From Neoconidiobolus thromboides FSU 785 (lineage: Eukaryota > Fungi > Entomophthoromycota), in NCBI GenBank assembly GCA_025603075.1, contig MU626364.1, forward strand, positions 11,108 to 75,107: DNA of 64,000 nucleotides. The letters run 5' to 3'. The notes beneath the pieces were generated by a model that worked only from the letters and a program-made list of their open reading frames with translations, had not been told where the DNA came from and ran no database searches. Below are positions 24,341-36,703 of this stretch, in pieces (positions within the stretch are counted from its first letter, which is position 1; every line of letters starts with the position of its first letter). The position numbers were made by a program, and so were the translations under genes.

Positions 24341-26503
24341 TTAGGCCCAAACATCTTCTTGGTACCTAGATTGAGAACGAAGTTTCTTTACATAGGCAAT
24401 GGCATGCTCTTCACTCATACCACCCAAATCTTTAGCCATATCAACAAAGCATTGATTGACGTCTTTAGCCATATATTTAGCATCACCACAGACGTAGATG
24501 GATCCCTTTTGTCTATCAATAAGGTCCCATACTTTCTCTTTTTGTTCTCTGATTAAATGTTGTACATAGACTTTCTTGTCTCCTTGACGTGAAAAGGCAG
24601 TTAACATCTCACTATCTTTCAATGGTTCAAATAACTCTTTCCATTCTTCAGCATACATAAAATCTTCATCACAACGACGACAACCAAAGAATAACATAGT
24701 TGGTCCGACATTTTTACCACTCTTTGCTTGTGCAGAACGTTCTTGAACAAAGGCACGGAATGGGGCTACACCAGTACCAGGACCAATCATAACAACTGGC
24801 ACTTCTGGATTACGTGGAAGGCGGAAATTGGATTTACGAATATGCATTGGTAATACTACTTTTAAGGTACCATCTTCTTTCTTAGAAGCATTGAATAAAT
24901 ATGGACTTGGGCCTTCATGTGGACAAGTAAGTAATTCATGGGCAGATAAAAGGAAGTTAGTGAAAAGGCCTTTAACTTTACGTTTAGAATCAGATTCAGG
25001 AGAGAATTCAAGTACAGAAGCGGTAACATGGACAGTATTAGCATGAACAATATTGCTGGAACTAATGCTGTAGTAACGAGGAGAAACACGGCCAAGGTTT
25101 TCGAGAGTAAGGTTTAATGGGATAGTTGAGCGACTGGATAATTCAACATCTTTTTCCATTTCTTGGACTTTGAGGCAAATTTCTGCCATAGTTGTACGAG
25201 TATTAAGAATTTCATTAGAATATAGAGCAGAGTCGTCAGCAATCTTTGAAATCCATTCTTTGGCCTCTTTAGATTTGATATAAGGTACCAGTTGTCCAAG
25301 AAATTGACGAGAAGGAGCAGAGCAGATATCAACATAAAAGCGGAGGAGAGATGAATAAGTGGTTGGGCTGGCAAACAATTTCTTATTGTTGTTACCATCA
25401 ATACTTTCAATTGAAATAACAGTATCCATTTTCTCAGAAAGACCAAAAGCACGAGCAAACAATTGAACTTCCGATTCAGGGTTGGTGGGCCATAGTCCAA
25501 TATGATCACCAGTTTCGTATTTAATACCAGAATCTCCAAGGTCGACTTCAAGATGAACGCATTTACGATCTCCAGTATATAGTTGACGGGTAATTTTGAC
25601 TGGGGAACAATAAGGATGTTTAGCATCGTAAGTAGTCTTACCTCCCAAGCTTTTAATACATTTATCGTGAAGTTCGCCATTATGTACTAGATTAGAGTCA
25701 ACATCAGAAGCTTCAGTAATTTTCAAATTAGAATAAGTAATTTGAGAAGAGGAATCTACAAAGTCAACATTAAGTTCACCACAAATACTTTTCCAAGTTG
25801 CTTCTTTCCAAGAGATAAAATCATCCTCAAGACTTCCGTCATCATCGCCAAGACCTAACTCACCAAAACGTTTACCACCAAATTTAGTAAATGAAGCATC
25901 CAAGTTTTTAGCTACAAGGTTGAAATGTTCATAAGTACGGTTACCAAGACCAAAGAAAGAATAGCGTAATTTTTCTAAAGGTTTATCATCAGCAGAATAA
26001 GTACTTTGTGAAAGAGTCACATCTTGTTCATCTTGTAACATATGATAGAATTCATTTGCATTATCAGTAGGCTCACCTTCACCATAAGTTGCCATTAAAA
26101 AGATAGCATAAAAATCGTCAGGGAGAGTATCTAATAAATCCATATCATAACATTCAATATCACAAACAAGGCACGATAATCCAAAACGTTGCTTTCCTTC
26201 TTTAGCTAAACGATTAGCAAAGTCTTCAGCAGTACCAGTTTGAGAACCAAAAAAGATGATAATGTTGCTTTGGGTTTGTTGCATTTTTTCAATAAAATTG
26301 CGAGTAGCCTTTGGCTTTACATTGATCTCTGCCTTTGTTTCAACAGGTTTATTAGATGGTATAATATAATCTCTTAAGAGATATAAACCACAGAGTGCAA
26401 CGATACCAGATATTATATAAGTCTCCATTGATAAATTAAAAAACCACGAAGATGTTGTTGTTTCCATAAAAGAAGTTGAGATTGAAGAATTAAAAGTTTC
26501 CAT
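24341..26503 (-). CDS. NCP1: NADPH-cytochrome P450 reductase, 720 aa, intronless
   Basis: N-terminal membrane anchor, FMN motifs FGSQTGTAEDFA and ATYGEGEPTDNA, RYYSISSS, GPGTGVAPFR, C-terminal YQEDVWA. Confidence 0.97.
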   Translation of the reverse strand: METFNSSISTSFMETTTSSWFFNLSMETYIISGIVALCGLYLLRDYIIPSNKPVETKAEINVKPKATRNFIEKMQQTQSNIIIFFGSQTGTAEDFANRLAKEGKQRFGLSCLVCDIECYDMDLLDTLPDDFYAIFLMATYGEGEPTDNANEFYHMLQDEQDVTLSQSTYSADDKPLEKLRYSFFGLGNRTYEHFNLVAKNLDASFTKFGGKRFGELGLGDDDGSLEDDFISWKEATWKSICGELNVDFVDSSSQITYSNLKITEASDVDSNLVHNGELHDKCIKSLGGKTTYDAKHPYCSPVKITRQLYTGDRKCVHLEVDLGDSGIKYETGDHIGLWPTNPESEVQLFARAFGLSEKMDTVISIESIDGNNNKKLFASPTTYSSLLRFYVDICSAPSRQFLGQLVPYIKSKEAKEWISKIADDSALYSNEILNTRTTMAEICLKVQEMEKDVELSSRSTIPLNLTLENLGRVSPRYYSISSSNIVHANTVHVTASVLEFSPESDSKRKVKGLFTNFLLSAHELLTCPHEGPSPYLFNASKKEDGTLKVVLPMHIRKSNFRLPRNPEVPVVMIGPGTGVAPFRAFVQERSAQAKSGKNVGPTMLFFGCRRCDEDFMYAEEWKELFEPLKDSEMLTAFSRQGDKKVYVQHLIREQKEKVWDLIDRQKGSIYVCGDAKYMAKDVNQCFVDMAKDLGGMSEEHAIAYVKKLRSQSRYQEDVWA

Positions 26504-28763
26504 AGGTTATTTGCTTCCTTTATAAACTGAAATCAGATTAATTATTGCTTTAACCAATTAAATTAAATGTATATATTTAGTAGGTAAATTAGCTAAATAT
26601 AAAATGTTGGGGGGAATTGATTGGCTGCTTAATATTGGGGTTTGAAATCTATCGAAGTTTAAAGAAATAAGCCTTTAAAATGTGATAGAATATTTGTATT
26701 TTTTATAACAATGGTGAAGATGTTTTTTGATCTTTTATACCCTTTAAAACCTTATAATTGTATGATGTAATTTAGATACATTCATTAATAAATTTGTTTT
26801 TAGGTTAAAAATAAAATAAAATTAAAAACGCTGTCGTGTTTGGTATTAAATCATGTTTTGTTTTAAATTAGTAGTTGGAAATTTTAACCGAATTTTTTAT
26901 ATTTGGTGTTTAACCCAGGATAATCTCATCCGACTATTTTGTAAAGTTGAGGGGAAATCGATAATTCGAATATTCTTAGATTTAGCATAAATTTTTCGTA
27001 ACCCTTTTTATCTTAATATTTTGGTGAGAGCTCAATCAACAATTTAGAATCATTATACATATCTGATAAAAATTTTATTAATAATTTGAAAAGCTTCCTC
27101 CTAGATGACAGTTAACTTTTCTGCAGTTATTATCACAATTTAATAAGAATAGTATAAACAGGATAGCATTTTCATTAAGGATGATTCTTTCTTCTTAATT
27201 TCGCATGGTATGCTATCAAGTTTTCATTTTACTATGTCAAATTATACTTATAAAGTGATTAAAGAAGTTGTTATTTATTTAAAATAATAGTTATAGATAA
27301 AAGCTGTATCAATGAAATAATTATAATTCACAGTCAGTATTTAAAAGTATATAATTAACCATAATTAAAGCTGAGTAAGGATTTTCGATCTATTAAAGTT
27401 TTATTATCAAATTAATATAATAATTTATATTATATAATAGAATACAACAATAGAAATAGAAATAATTAGCCTAAAAAATAAATCATAATGAAAATAGCTC
27501 TTAGTTAAACTAGATATTATATATTATATTTTAAAAAATTTAAATTTCTTACTAAAATACGAATGAAATAAACTTTATTTATTGACTAGTAGTTTTATAA
27601 CATTTTAATAAATTAGGGTAAACAGGTATTTTATATATTTAAAATATTAATAAAAAAGGTTACAAAGTCATTTATTTAATTTGGTTTACCATATCTTATA
27701 CCTTAAAAAAGCTAAAATTCTATTGTTAATTTATTAGCTAAAGATGCTATAAAAGAATGGTTGAATAAATACAAGTCCCCTTTAATCAAACTGAGAAGAT
27801 TTAAACTCAGTAGTTTTAATCTATTTATAGAGTCTAATTTTAAATAAACTGATATGAAGCTATTTAATATTATAATCTAATATTATCTTTTAGTTATTGT
27901 CCTAAATTTTATGCATAGTTATAATGATATTTACAATATATTAAAAATAGTTGTTTCAAAAATCTGTTATTAATGATTAACATTAGGCTATATGATTATA
28001 TAATCACCCATGATCATAGAAATCAACTTCTTATACCAATGATCAGTAAAACAATGCTCAAAATATGAAATAACAAATTTTATATTAAATATTTTCATGC
28101 TCTTGTTTATTCAAAACCAATAAATAGATATTATAATTTACAAAAATGTAAAAATAAATAAAAACAAATAGGTGTACTATTATTTTTACAAGTGGAGCAT
28201 TTTTCCGCTTAAAAGAGCTGTCAAAAATTTTTGTCGGAAAAAGTCGGAAGCATTTTACACTATTGTGTTTAGAGTTATGCAACTTTTGCTAAATCTTAAG
28301 GCAAATATTCCGTTATTTATCCAAAAAACAGGAGATATAGGAAAGCTAAATCGGGGCTTAAAACTGGCAGAGTGGAAGGAAATAATAGAAAGTTATATGA
28401 TTATATTTATTGATGATAATCATATAGCTTAAATAACATTTTAATTAAGAGTAGTATCATTTATTGAATTGTTTAATTTTATAATAAAGATAAAGCTTTC
28501 CATAATATTTCCCTTGGAATAATTAATTCTATTCATTTCATAGTTAACTACTTATTAAAGTGCAACAAAAACATAATGAGCGCTACTATTTTGAAGACGG
28601 AGGTATTCTGCCTTCGCTGATTTAATAAGGTAAAAATAACTAAGAGCTTAAACATGATATTTTTAATTAAAATGAATATTAATATGGTTATAAATTAACA
28701 AAAATATTGAGCAAAAATTATTAACTCTAAACTTATGCTTGGGAATTTTTACACCATTTTCAA

Positions 28764-28870
28764 AATTGGGGCTGTTTTTTTGTGTTTAAGAATTTTACTA
28801 ACAAATTTTCCACTTAAATAACGTTTAAAAAATAGAAAAAACAATGAAATCAAAAAAAACACTCCCATAA
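28764..28870 (+). mobile_element. Fold-back element copy 6
   Basis: GGGGCTGTTTT...TTTTACTAACAAATTTTCCAC...CAAAAAAAACACTCCC. Confidence 0.82.
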
Positions 28871-29487
28871 AATAAAAATTTTAATAAAGCAGTAATGTTA
28901 ATCAATAATATAAAAATGATATATGAAAAATTCAAAATTATTTAAAAATGAAAAAAACATAAGATTATGAGGCTTTCAAAAGTATTTTTAAATTTTTTAG
29001 TATTTATATTATAAGTAATTATTAATATTTTTTTTATTAAATAAATATGAAGTTTTTTTTACCAGCTTTTGATTTTTTTTAGCAATAGTATCTTAATAAA
29101 ATATTGATATTTATCTTAAAAAATTATATGTACTTTTTTATAGTTGATAAAATAAACACTTTTACTATATCAAAGGATTTTATTATTTATTTATCAAATC
29201 ATTTTTAAAGTAATATTAAACTTAATTTAAAATTGTATTTTATAAATTTTATAAATTGCTTTCAAATATAAATTAGATTCCTTTAAGATTTTATTTTTAT
29301 TAATATAATAAGTCTATGTATATCAATTACTAAAAATATTTTAAATACAAGTGCTTATTTTTAAAATAATAGCAGTTGATTAAATTAAAATGATTCACTT
29401 TTTAACCTAAATTTAAGCTTTTACCTAATTTTCCACTATACAAAAACATAGTGCTCTGTCTATGGCTTTTGAGTGCTTTTATTAAAA

Positions 29488-31066
29488 ATGAATAAGTCAT
29501 TATAATCAATTAATCTAGGATTAAACCAGCATAGTGCCAATATTACATGAATAAAAGAAAACACAATTTAGTACTTGGATTAGCTATAAAAAATGAAATA
29601 GTTGTATAAGGGATTAAAGACCCAGTTAAAAGCCAAAGACATATAATAATGAAAATTTCCACTCACAATACTTTTTATTATTTTAGCCATTTAAAACAGA
29701 AAAAGGGAAGATAGAGAGCGCTATTATTTTCAACTGTAAATATTTTAGGGCATCAAAATTTCATGTGTAAAAATCGGTTTGAATTCGATGCCTCTACTAT
29801 GACTGTGTTTATTAAATATTATATTGCTTTTTGTGTTAGGCCATAGTTATGTATTATATAAATTTGCATTAAATAAATGCTCTAAAATATTTTCTAATAA
29901 ACTGCTATATATTGAGTTAGAATCTGCAGTTGTAAAAAGGAGCATAAATATTTATCATATTGTGCCGCAACTTACAACTCTCTATTTTCAAAGAACCAAT
30001 ATATTATTTACATTATTTATAATTAATTTATAAATATAAAAGGGCAAAGTACATTGATTTGTTTCGTGATGATAGTAGCTTTAACACAGATAAATGATAA
30101 TGATAGTTTTTCAAAATTAGAAGTACTTTTAATATTAACTTATTTCCAATGAGATTGATTAAAGATCAACTTAGGTAACGTCCAGTTGAGGGCCATATTA
30201 TCAAATATACTAAATGGATGTAGCTTGGCACTACCATCCTACTACTTTTTGAATGCTGATAATTATTATATACTACTAGGTTTACACTTAAACCATAAGG
30301 GTAGCATTGAAAGGAAATTATACTATTCAGCAGTTATATATTTACTTTGCCTTGATGACCCTTATTTTACTTTGTTATTTGATACCCATAGTTTATGGAA
30401 AAAACATACTGTGACACTGATGTTAAATATGGATGAAGCTATAGAAACAATAACACAATAAGGTTTTTAGCATATTCTACTTATTGTTATAAATGTAGTT
30501 TGTTTTATAAGCACCTCTTATATTTTATGGTACATATTAATATGTTAAATATGGGTGATGCAAAAGCAACCAAAGTCGATTGTTTGATAATAAACTTATG
30601 GAGCTTGATTACTGAAAATCCAATAAGTAAATTAGAATATATCAAACAATTCCTTTTAATTAAAGGATTACTCGAAGCTATTGATGTACTTATTAATTAT
30701 GTTAAGATTATTTATCATTCAAGCTGGATTTTTTATTTGATATTAAATGGGGACTATTATCTATAATGAAGGTTTATTTTGTATTCATTTAGTGAATAAA
30801 AGGCCAGAAGATATTGAGCTTTTGGAAGCTAATATATAACAATTAGTTAAGCACATTTGTAATTTAAAGTTGTGGTCTTTTCCCTTTAAATCCTTTGCAT
30901 CCTTATAACTTGTACATATCATATATTTTTATTTCAAGTAGATAGATGGTGGGAGCGCTTTAACTAATCAAGTGATATACCAATTTATTGGCTTTGCCAA
31001 AGGTCACCATATGACGTTGTTATCGTTCATTAGTTTTTTTAACACAGATAGTCAATATCAAATAAA
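29488..31066 (+). pseudogene. Full-length decayed tandem paralog of the Zn2Cys6 gene at 31842..33476
   Basis: Fragments align in order: ATG and the RIKPA region, NENFHSQ vs NKDFHSQ, ESAVVKRSINIY...LYFQRTNIL vs ESAVMKKDTNIY...LYFQRINIL, ALPSYYF, YSAVIYLLCLDDPY vs YSAVVYLLSIDDPY, IKIIYHSSW-type segment. Many stops and frameshifts; zinc-cluster cysteines lost. Confidence 0.85.
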
Positions 31067-31841
31067 CTTTTTATAGTTTTAATTTTTCTTGTAAATACAG
31101 CAATTTACAATTGTCTATATACATGATTGATCTCTACACATTTGGCTAAATCTAACCATTGTATTAATTAAAAGGATCAAAGTTAAAATTTTATTTGTAG
31201 TAAAAGATAGGAATATATATGAAGTGTCTCCTTTGGCTTCAATATTTTGTCCAATTCTTGTATAGTATAAGATTTCAAAAGCATTATTTGTCACTGAAAT
31301 AAAAAAGGCATCCCTATATATTTAATTTATAGCAAAGCCTACCTACGCATTTGCTTCAAAAGTTAGTAATATAATGAATAGTGTGTTATTTTAACCTAAA
31401 CTCACCTCAATTGTTTTTTTTATTAGTCATTGTTATTTGTTTCTAAAAGTTGTTTAATTCACAAGTTTTTAAAATTTGAAATATTTATATGGGATTGTTA
31501 GTCACATTTGCTTCTTGCCTTTCCTTTTTGATTTTATGCATAAATTCCTGCTTATTCTTTATCTTTGTACATCTTCTTGAAAAATCAACTTTTAGGATCG
31601 ACTGATTGGTTCAAATTTTAACATCACTCAATTTAGTTAACTAAAGTGTGACAATTGTTAATCATTTCACATTACTTTAAATGCCCCCCGTTTTATAATA
31701 ACTATGCGATTTGCTATAGTTAAACAAGAGTAATTAACTTTTGAATTCAGGTTTAACTACATTAATACAGTCCTTATTATAGAAACTTTACTACGACAAA
31801 TTAATACTTCATTTATATCCTTTGAGTACTTATGCTGAAAG

Positions 31842-33476
31842 ATGAGTGAGTCTATATCTATAAATCATTTCAGAATTAGACCAGCATGTGACCAATGTTT
31901 CTTCAAGAGAGTAAAATGCGATTTGTCAATTCCCACTTGTAGTAGCTGTATAGAAAGAGGAAAAGCTTGTACAAGACTTCGAAAAAGCAAACGAAAACCA
32001 GTAATGTGTAATAATAAAGATTTCCATTCGCAATCCTTTGTAATATTTCAATCAAATAAACATAATGAAGATAATAGATTGAAAAAAGAAGGGAAGAAGA
32101 AAGATGCTATAGTTCTAAACCACAAATATATTAATCAATTGAAATTCTCTGTGGGTGGGAATCGATTTAATTCTAGTGCTTCTATTGTGTCGATGTTTCC
32201 TGTTAAAATGTTTCATTCGCGTATAATGTTAAACCAAATTTATTCAGTTTACAAAGTAGTCCCAAATCAGTGTCTCAATTCATATTTTGATAAAATGCCA
32301 GCAAATGCGTTAGAGTCTGCTGTTATGAAAAAGGATACAAATATTTACAATACTATGTCACAGTTGATAGCTCTTTATTTTCAAAGGATCAATATACTGT
32401 TACCACTATTTACTTATAGCCAATTCAAGAGTAAGAGAAGAGATGACGTATTGATTTATTCGATGATGCTGGTCGCTTCAACTCAAATCGATGATGATAA
32501 TTTATTAGAGTTAAAAGTATTTTTGAAAGGTAAATTATTAAAGCATTTCCTCCCTAGTAGAGTAAAGATTAATTTAAGTAATATACAATCAATGGTTGTA
32601 TTGTTAAATGGATTGAAAGGAAGTAGCTCAGCACTACCATCTTACTACTTTTCCAACTTGAATAGTTACTGCATATTATTGGGCTTACATCAAAACTATA
32701 GAAACGATAGTGAAAAAAAGTTATGTTATTCAGCAGTTGTATACTTACTTTCTATTGATGACCCTTACTCTAACTTATTATTTGAGACACACAATTTATG
32801 GAAAAAAGAGAAGGCAATCCCGAAATTAAAAAAGAATGAAACAATCGAAACAATAACTGAGTTAATAATGCTAACATCTTCTAACTATTACTATAAATGT
32901 GGTTTATTTTATAAACATCATTTTGATACTTTAGTGCATATCAATGCGCTAAATTTAACCAATGCGAAAGTAATTGAAATCAATCGTTTATTAGAAATTT
33001 TATTAGATTCTACTACTCAAACAGTATTAAGTAGATTAGAAGTCATTAAAAAAATGATTTCAAGCAGGGTATTAGAAGATATTATTGATGCAAACATAAA
33101 TCATATTAAAATAATGTATTATTCCAGTTGGCTATTTTTATATGATGTTAAATGTGCAATATCCTATAGCAATAAAGGAAGTTTGTTTAGTATTGATCCA
33201 ACAAGAAAAGTACCAAAGGACCCTCGTCTTTTGGAAACTAATATTAAAGAATTAATTGCTTATAACTCTAAGTTAAGTCCAGAATACTTTTCTTCAATTC
33301 GATTCTTTGCCTTTTTACTTATCATCCATGCTACCTACACTTATTCTAAGTGGTTACACAATGGTGATGCTTTACTTAAACAAGTGTTAGGCCAATTTGA
33401 TAAACTAGCTAAAAATCGTTATACAAACTTAATGTCTTTTTTTAATATGATAATATATATGTTCAGCGCTAAGTAA
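31842..33476 (+). CDS. Zn(II)2Cys6 fungal transcription factor, 544 aa
   Basis: ACDQCFFKRVKCDLSIPTCSSCIERGKACT matches CX2CX6CX6CX2CX6C; middle-homology-like YFQRINILLPLF segment. Confidence 0.92.
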   Translation: MSESISINHFRIRPACDQCFFKRVKCDLSIPTCSSCIERGKACTRLRKSKRKPVMCNNKDFHSQSFVIFQSNKHNEDNRLKKEGKKKDAIVLNHKYINQLKFSVGGNRFNSSASIVSMFPVKMFHSRIMLNQIYSVYKVVPNQCLNSYFDKMPANALESAVMKKDTNIYNTMSQLIALYFQRINILLPLFTYSQFKSKRRDDVLIYSMMLVASTQIDDDNLLELKVFLKGKLLKHFLPSRVKINLSNIQSMVVLLNGLKGSSSALPSYYFSNLNSYCILLGLHQNYRNDSEKKLCYSAVVYLLSIDDPYSNLLFETHNLWKKEKAIPKLKKNETIETITELIMLTSSNYYYKCGLFYKHHFDTLVHINALNLTNAKVIEINRLLEILLDSTTQTVLSRLEVIKKMISSRVLEDIIDANINHIKIMYYSSWLFLYDVKCAISYSNKGSLFSIDPTRKVPKDPRLLETNIKELIAYNSKLSPEYFSSIRFFAFLLIIHATYTYSKWLHNGDALLKQVLGQFDKLAKNRYTNLMSFFNMIIYMFSAK

Positions 33477-35027
33477 TAAAATAATATATATGAAAACTAT
33501 TTTTTGTTCCAATATTTTGTTAATAAAATGCTCAATTTTATATACTGGATAAAAAAATAAAAAAATAAAAATAAAATAAAAAAAATAAAACATTTAGATG
33601 CCTTTATAAATATTTCCTAATATAATTATGTTGCAACTTGGACAACTTAAGCATTGAAATTTATTTACTTATATGAATTGATATTTTTATTTAATATCAC
33701 TCGAATTATTGTAAAAAGAAACAGTAAACAACCTTGGGAGAGAATGTATTTTAGTGAGATATTAACTTATTAAAACTAGAAACGTTGCCCAAATCGGTAC
33801 AATATTTTTATATTTGTTCTCTTTAATTTATTAAATGAGAACGTAGTATACTAAAACAGCTTACAGTTAAATATCTTTATCTATTTTTAATCTAGAGTCA
33901 AATATTTTAATATGAATTTAAAGACCTGAAAGAGAATATAGGCCTTAAATTTATATTAAGAGAAATCATTTCTAAATTAAAAAATATAAAAGACATCTAC
34001 CTGTAAGCTGTTTTATCTAATTACTTAGTTAACAGCAACATTAATCTATTCTCAATAATCTTTGTTCTTTAAATAAAGACAATGGATTTTATTACAATAG
34101 AGTTTTAAATTCAACATCCCTCTTTTTAAAGGATAAATTTAATTACAAGGATGACTACTTTTATCAATTTGAGATAACCTAACATTTAAATTTGAATTAT
34201 ATTCAACAAAATCGTCAATTGTACCAAGTTCTAGTTTTTTTGACATTACAAACCTAGAATTATACTTTTGAAGTACACAATTCAAAATAAGTGAAATGGC
34301 CCATACTAATAGATCTAGCAAGGATCTACCAGGCGTGTGGTCAATGTTATAAAAGGAAAAGGAAATATGATTTAAAAATGCTAAAATGCGGCTACTGGTA
34401 GAGAAAGGACCAATTTGTAAAAAGGAAAGAAAAAGCTAGTAAAAACTAAAATATGTGACAATGAAGACTTTCATTCAATGTCTTTTTTAGTTTAAAAAAT
34501 TAAATCAAAAAGGAAAAATTAAAAAAGGACAATAATTTTGGAACATAAATAGTTTAATCAATTTAAAATTATTATTAGTGGGAGTAAGTTTGATTTTAAA
34601 GTTTTGTTATTAATGTGTCCTTTATTAAAATATTATATTATCTTATAATATTATATCAGGGTTATTTATTTTATAAAGTGGCTTTAAACCAACATCTTAA
34701 TTTTTTGTTTAAGAAAATGTCGGCTGTTAAATTTAATAATACGATTGTTAAGAAGACATTAATATCTATAATGTTATAATATAGCTTATAAATATTTATT
34801 TTCAAAGAATTAAATCTGACAGTTGTTATTTTATTTTATTTTATTTTATTTTTTTGTAATATTATTATTTATTTATATTATATTTGTACATTAAGTGCTT
34901 TTTATTAATAAATCAATTAGAAGCATTAGTTTTGTTTAATATATTAATTGGAAATAAATTAAACAAATTAACAGAATTTAATTTATTATATGAATGTTCT
35001 TAGCTGAATAAAATAAAATAGAATAGA

Positions 35028-35134
35028 ATATGGGGATGTTTTTTTTTGGCTTCATTATTTTTTCCATCTTTTAAGCACTATTTGAGTGGAAAAATTGTTA
35101 GTAAAATTCTCAAATACAAAATACACCCCCATAT
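35028..35134 (-). mobile_element. Fold-back element copy 7
   Basis: Full length, ATAT/ATAT. Confidence 0.87.
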
Positions 35135-35354
35135 CTTAATAATAATTTTTTAATCAATCTTATTTATTATTTTTAAGTTAGTTTTATTATTATTATTCAG
35201 ATTGAATTAACAATAATATAAAATATTATTCAGTTAGCTTTATAATTAACTATGTTCTTATATTTAGGCTTTAATTGTTTTATTAGTACAAGTAATTATT
35301 TTTATAAAACTATATACTTTAAATTAATAAAATTGAATAAAATTTTTTAATAAT

Positions 35355-35461
35355 ACATGGGGATGTATTTTTGTATTTAAGAATTTTACTAACAATTTTT
35401 CCGCTTAAACAACGCTTAAAAAATGGAAAAAATAATGAAGTCAAAAAAAATACTCCCATAT
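35355..35461 (+). mobile_element. Fold-back element copy 8
   Basis: Full length; shares its right ATAT with copy 9. Confidence 0.87.
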
Positions 35462-35559
35462 GGTGATGTTTTTTTATTTTATCACTTTTTTCATTTTTAA
35501 GCGCTATTTGAATAGAAAATTGTTAGTAAATTTCTTAAACAAAAGAAATATATACAAAT
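35458..35559 (-). mobile_element. Fold-back element copy 9
   Basis: Inverted and directly abutting copy 8. Confidence 0.8.
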
Positions 35560-35715
35560 ATTGAAAAACTTTTTATGAATGATAATTAAATTTTTATTTA
35601 TTTATTTATTTCTATATATATTTTTAATGAAAGAAGCTTTTTTTATATATGAGCAAGTTTGAGAGGTTAGTTAAAATTAAACAAAACTTTATTAAGTTTT
35701 CAAATTAATATATAC

Positions 35716-35798
35716 ATATAAAAGTGTTTTGTTTTTTAAGTGTAATCTAAGAGGAAAAATTATTAGTGAAATTATTAAACAAAAGAAAATATTTATAT
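35716..35798 (-). mobile_element. Fold-back element copy 10 (degraded, deleted)
   Basis: GGAAAAATTATTAGTGAAATTATTAAACAAAAG core retained. Confidence 0.5.
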
Positions 35799-36099
35799 AT
35801 ATTATGTGCTTTTATTTAAAAAAAAATTTCTTTAAGTTTTTATTAATAAAATTTTGTTATTGTTTTTTGTTTTAGTTTAATATTATACTAAATAAATAAA
35901 TAATTTTTTTTAAAAAGGTATTATATATGTCTTAAGTTAAGTTATATTATAGTTAACTTTCAAACTATACAACTTATACAACTAATATTTAATGTGTCGA
36001 GTTTTTTAAATAAGAATAATATATTGCTTTTAGTTTATTAATCGTAAAAATTGAATGCCACTTATTTTATAGTTTATCAAGTATTATATATTAAATTAA

Positions 36100-36202
36100 A
36101 TATGAGGATGTATTTTTTCGTTTAAGAAATTTACTGATATTTTTTCCACTTAATAGTGCTCAAAAAATGAAAAAAGTAATGAAACTAAAAAAACACTCAT
36201 AT
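36100..36202 (+). mobile_element. Fold-back element copy 11
   Basis: GAGG...ACTC termini, ATAT/ATAT. Confidence 0.83.
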
Positions 36203-36703
36203 ATATCTTTTATCCATGACTATATTTATGATATTTTTAATTAAATTTTTTTCAAACGTATGATTGGTTCAAATTATAACTGTTATTTTTTAATTAAATT
36301 TGAGGCAATTTATGGATTTTTAATTTAATAACTATTTGAAATAAGTTTTTATAAAAAATAGACTTAATATCATTATCCCTTTTAACTTTATTTTCATTTT
36401 GTTTTATTTTATTTTATTTTATTCTAAACTATTTCATTAAATTCGAGTTCTAAAACTCCATTTTACTAGATATTTCCCTCAATTTTAAAACTTGCTCACC
36501 AATTTTTTATTATATTTTCAAATTTTTTTACTTAAACCAATAAAATTCAAGTCATTACTAAAAAAAGATTTTCAATTTCATAAACATCAACTTGTATTTC
36601 TCTATCTTCTTTTTTTTTCATTATTAGCTGCGAGATAATAATAAATTGAAAATTTATTTAAATATCTATTCATCCTTATCAATTCCAATAAAACAATTAT
36701 TTA

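Noticed and set aside
4953-26503. MET10 and CPR as a functional diflavin-reductase cluster
   Set aside because: They are 16 kb apart with unrelated housekeeping genes between them, and there is no P450 or MET5 in the window.
28190-28260. Possible extra fold-back copy (TTTTTCCGCTTAAAAGAGC...CGGAAAAA); similar weak trace near 3118-3170
   Set aside because: Only the core resembles the consensus and no termini are recognisable, so it was not counted.
34139-34321. 60-aa ORF, and other isolated 60-90 aa ORFs (28085, 28172, 48101, 52330, 60507)
   Set aside because: No motifs or splice-compatible neighbours; composition typical of AT-rich intergenic DNA.
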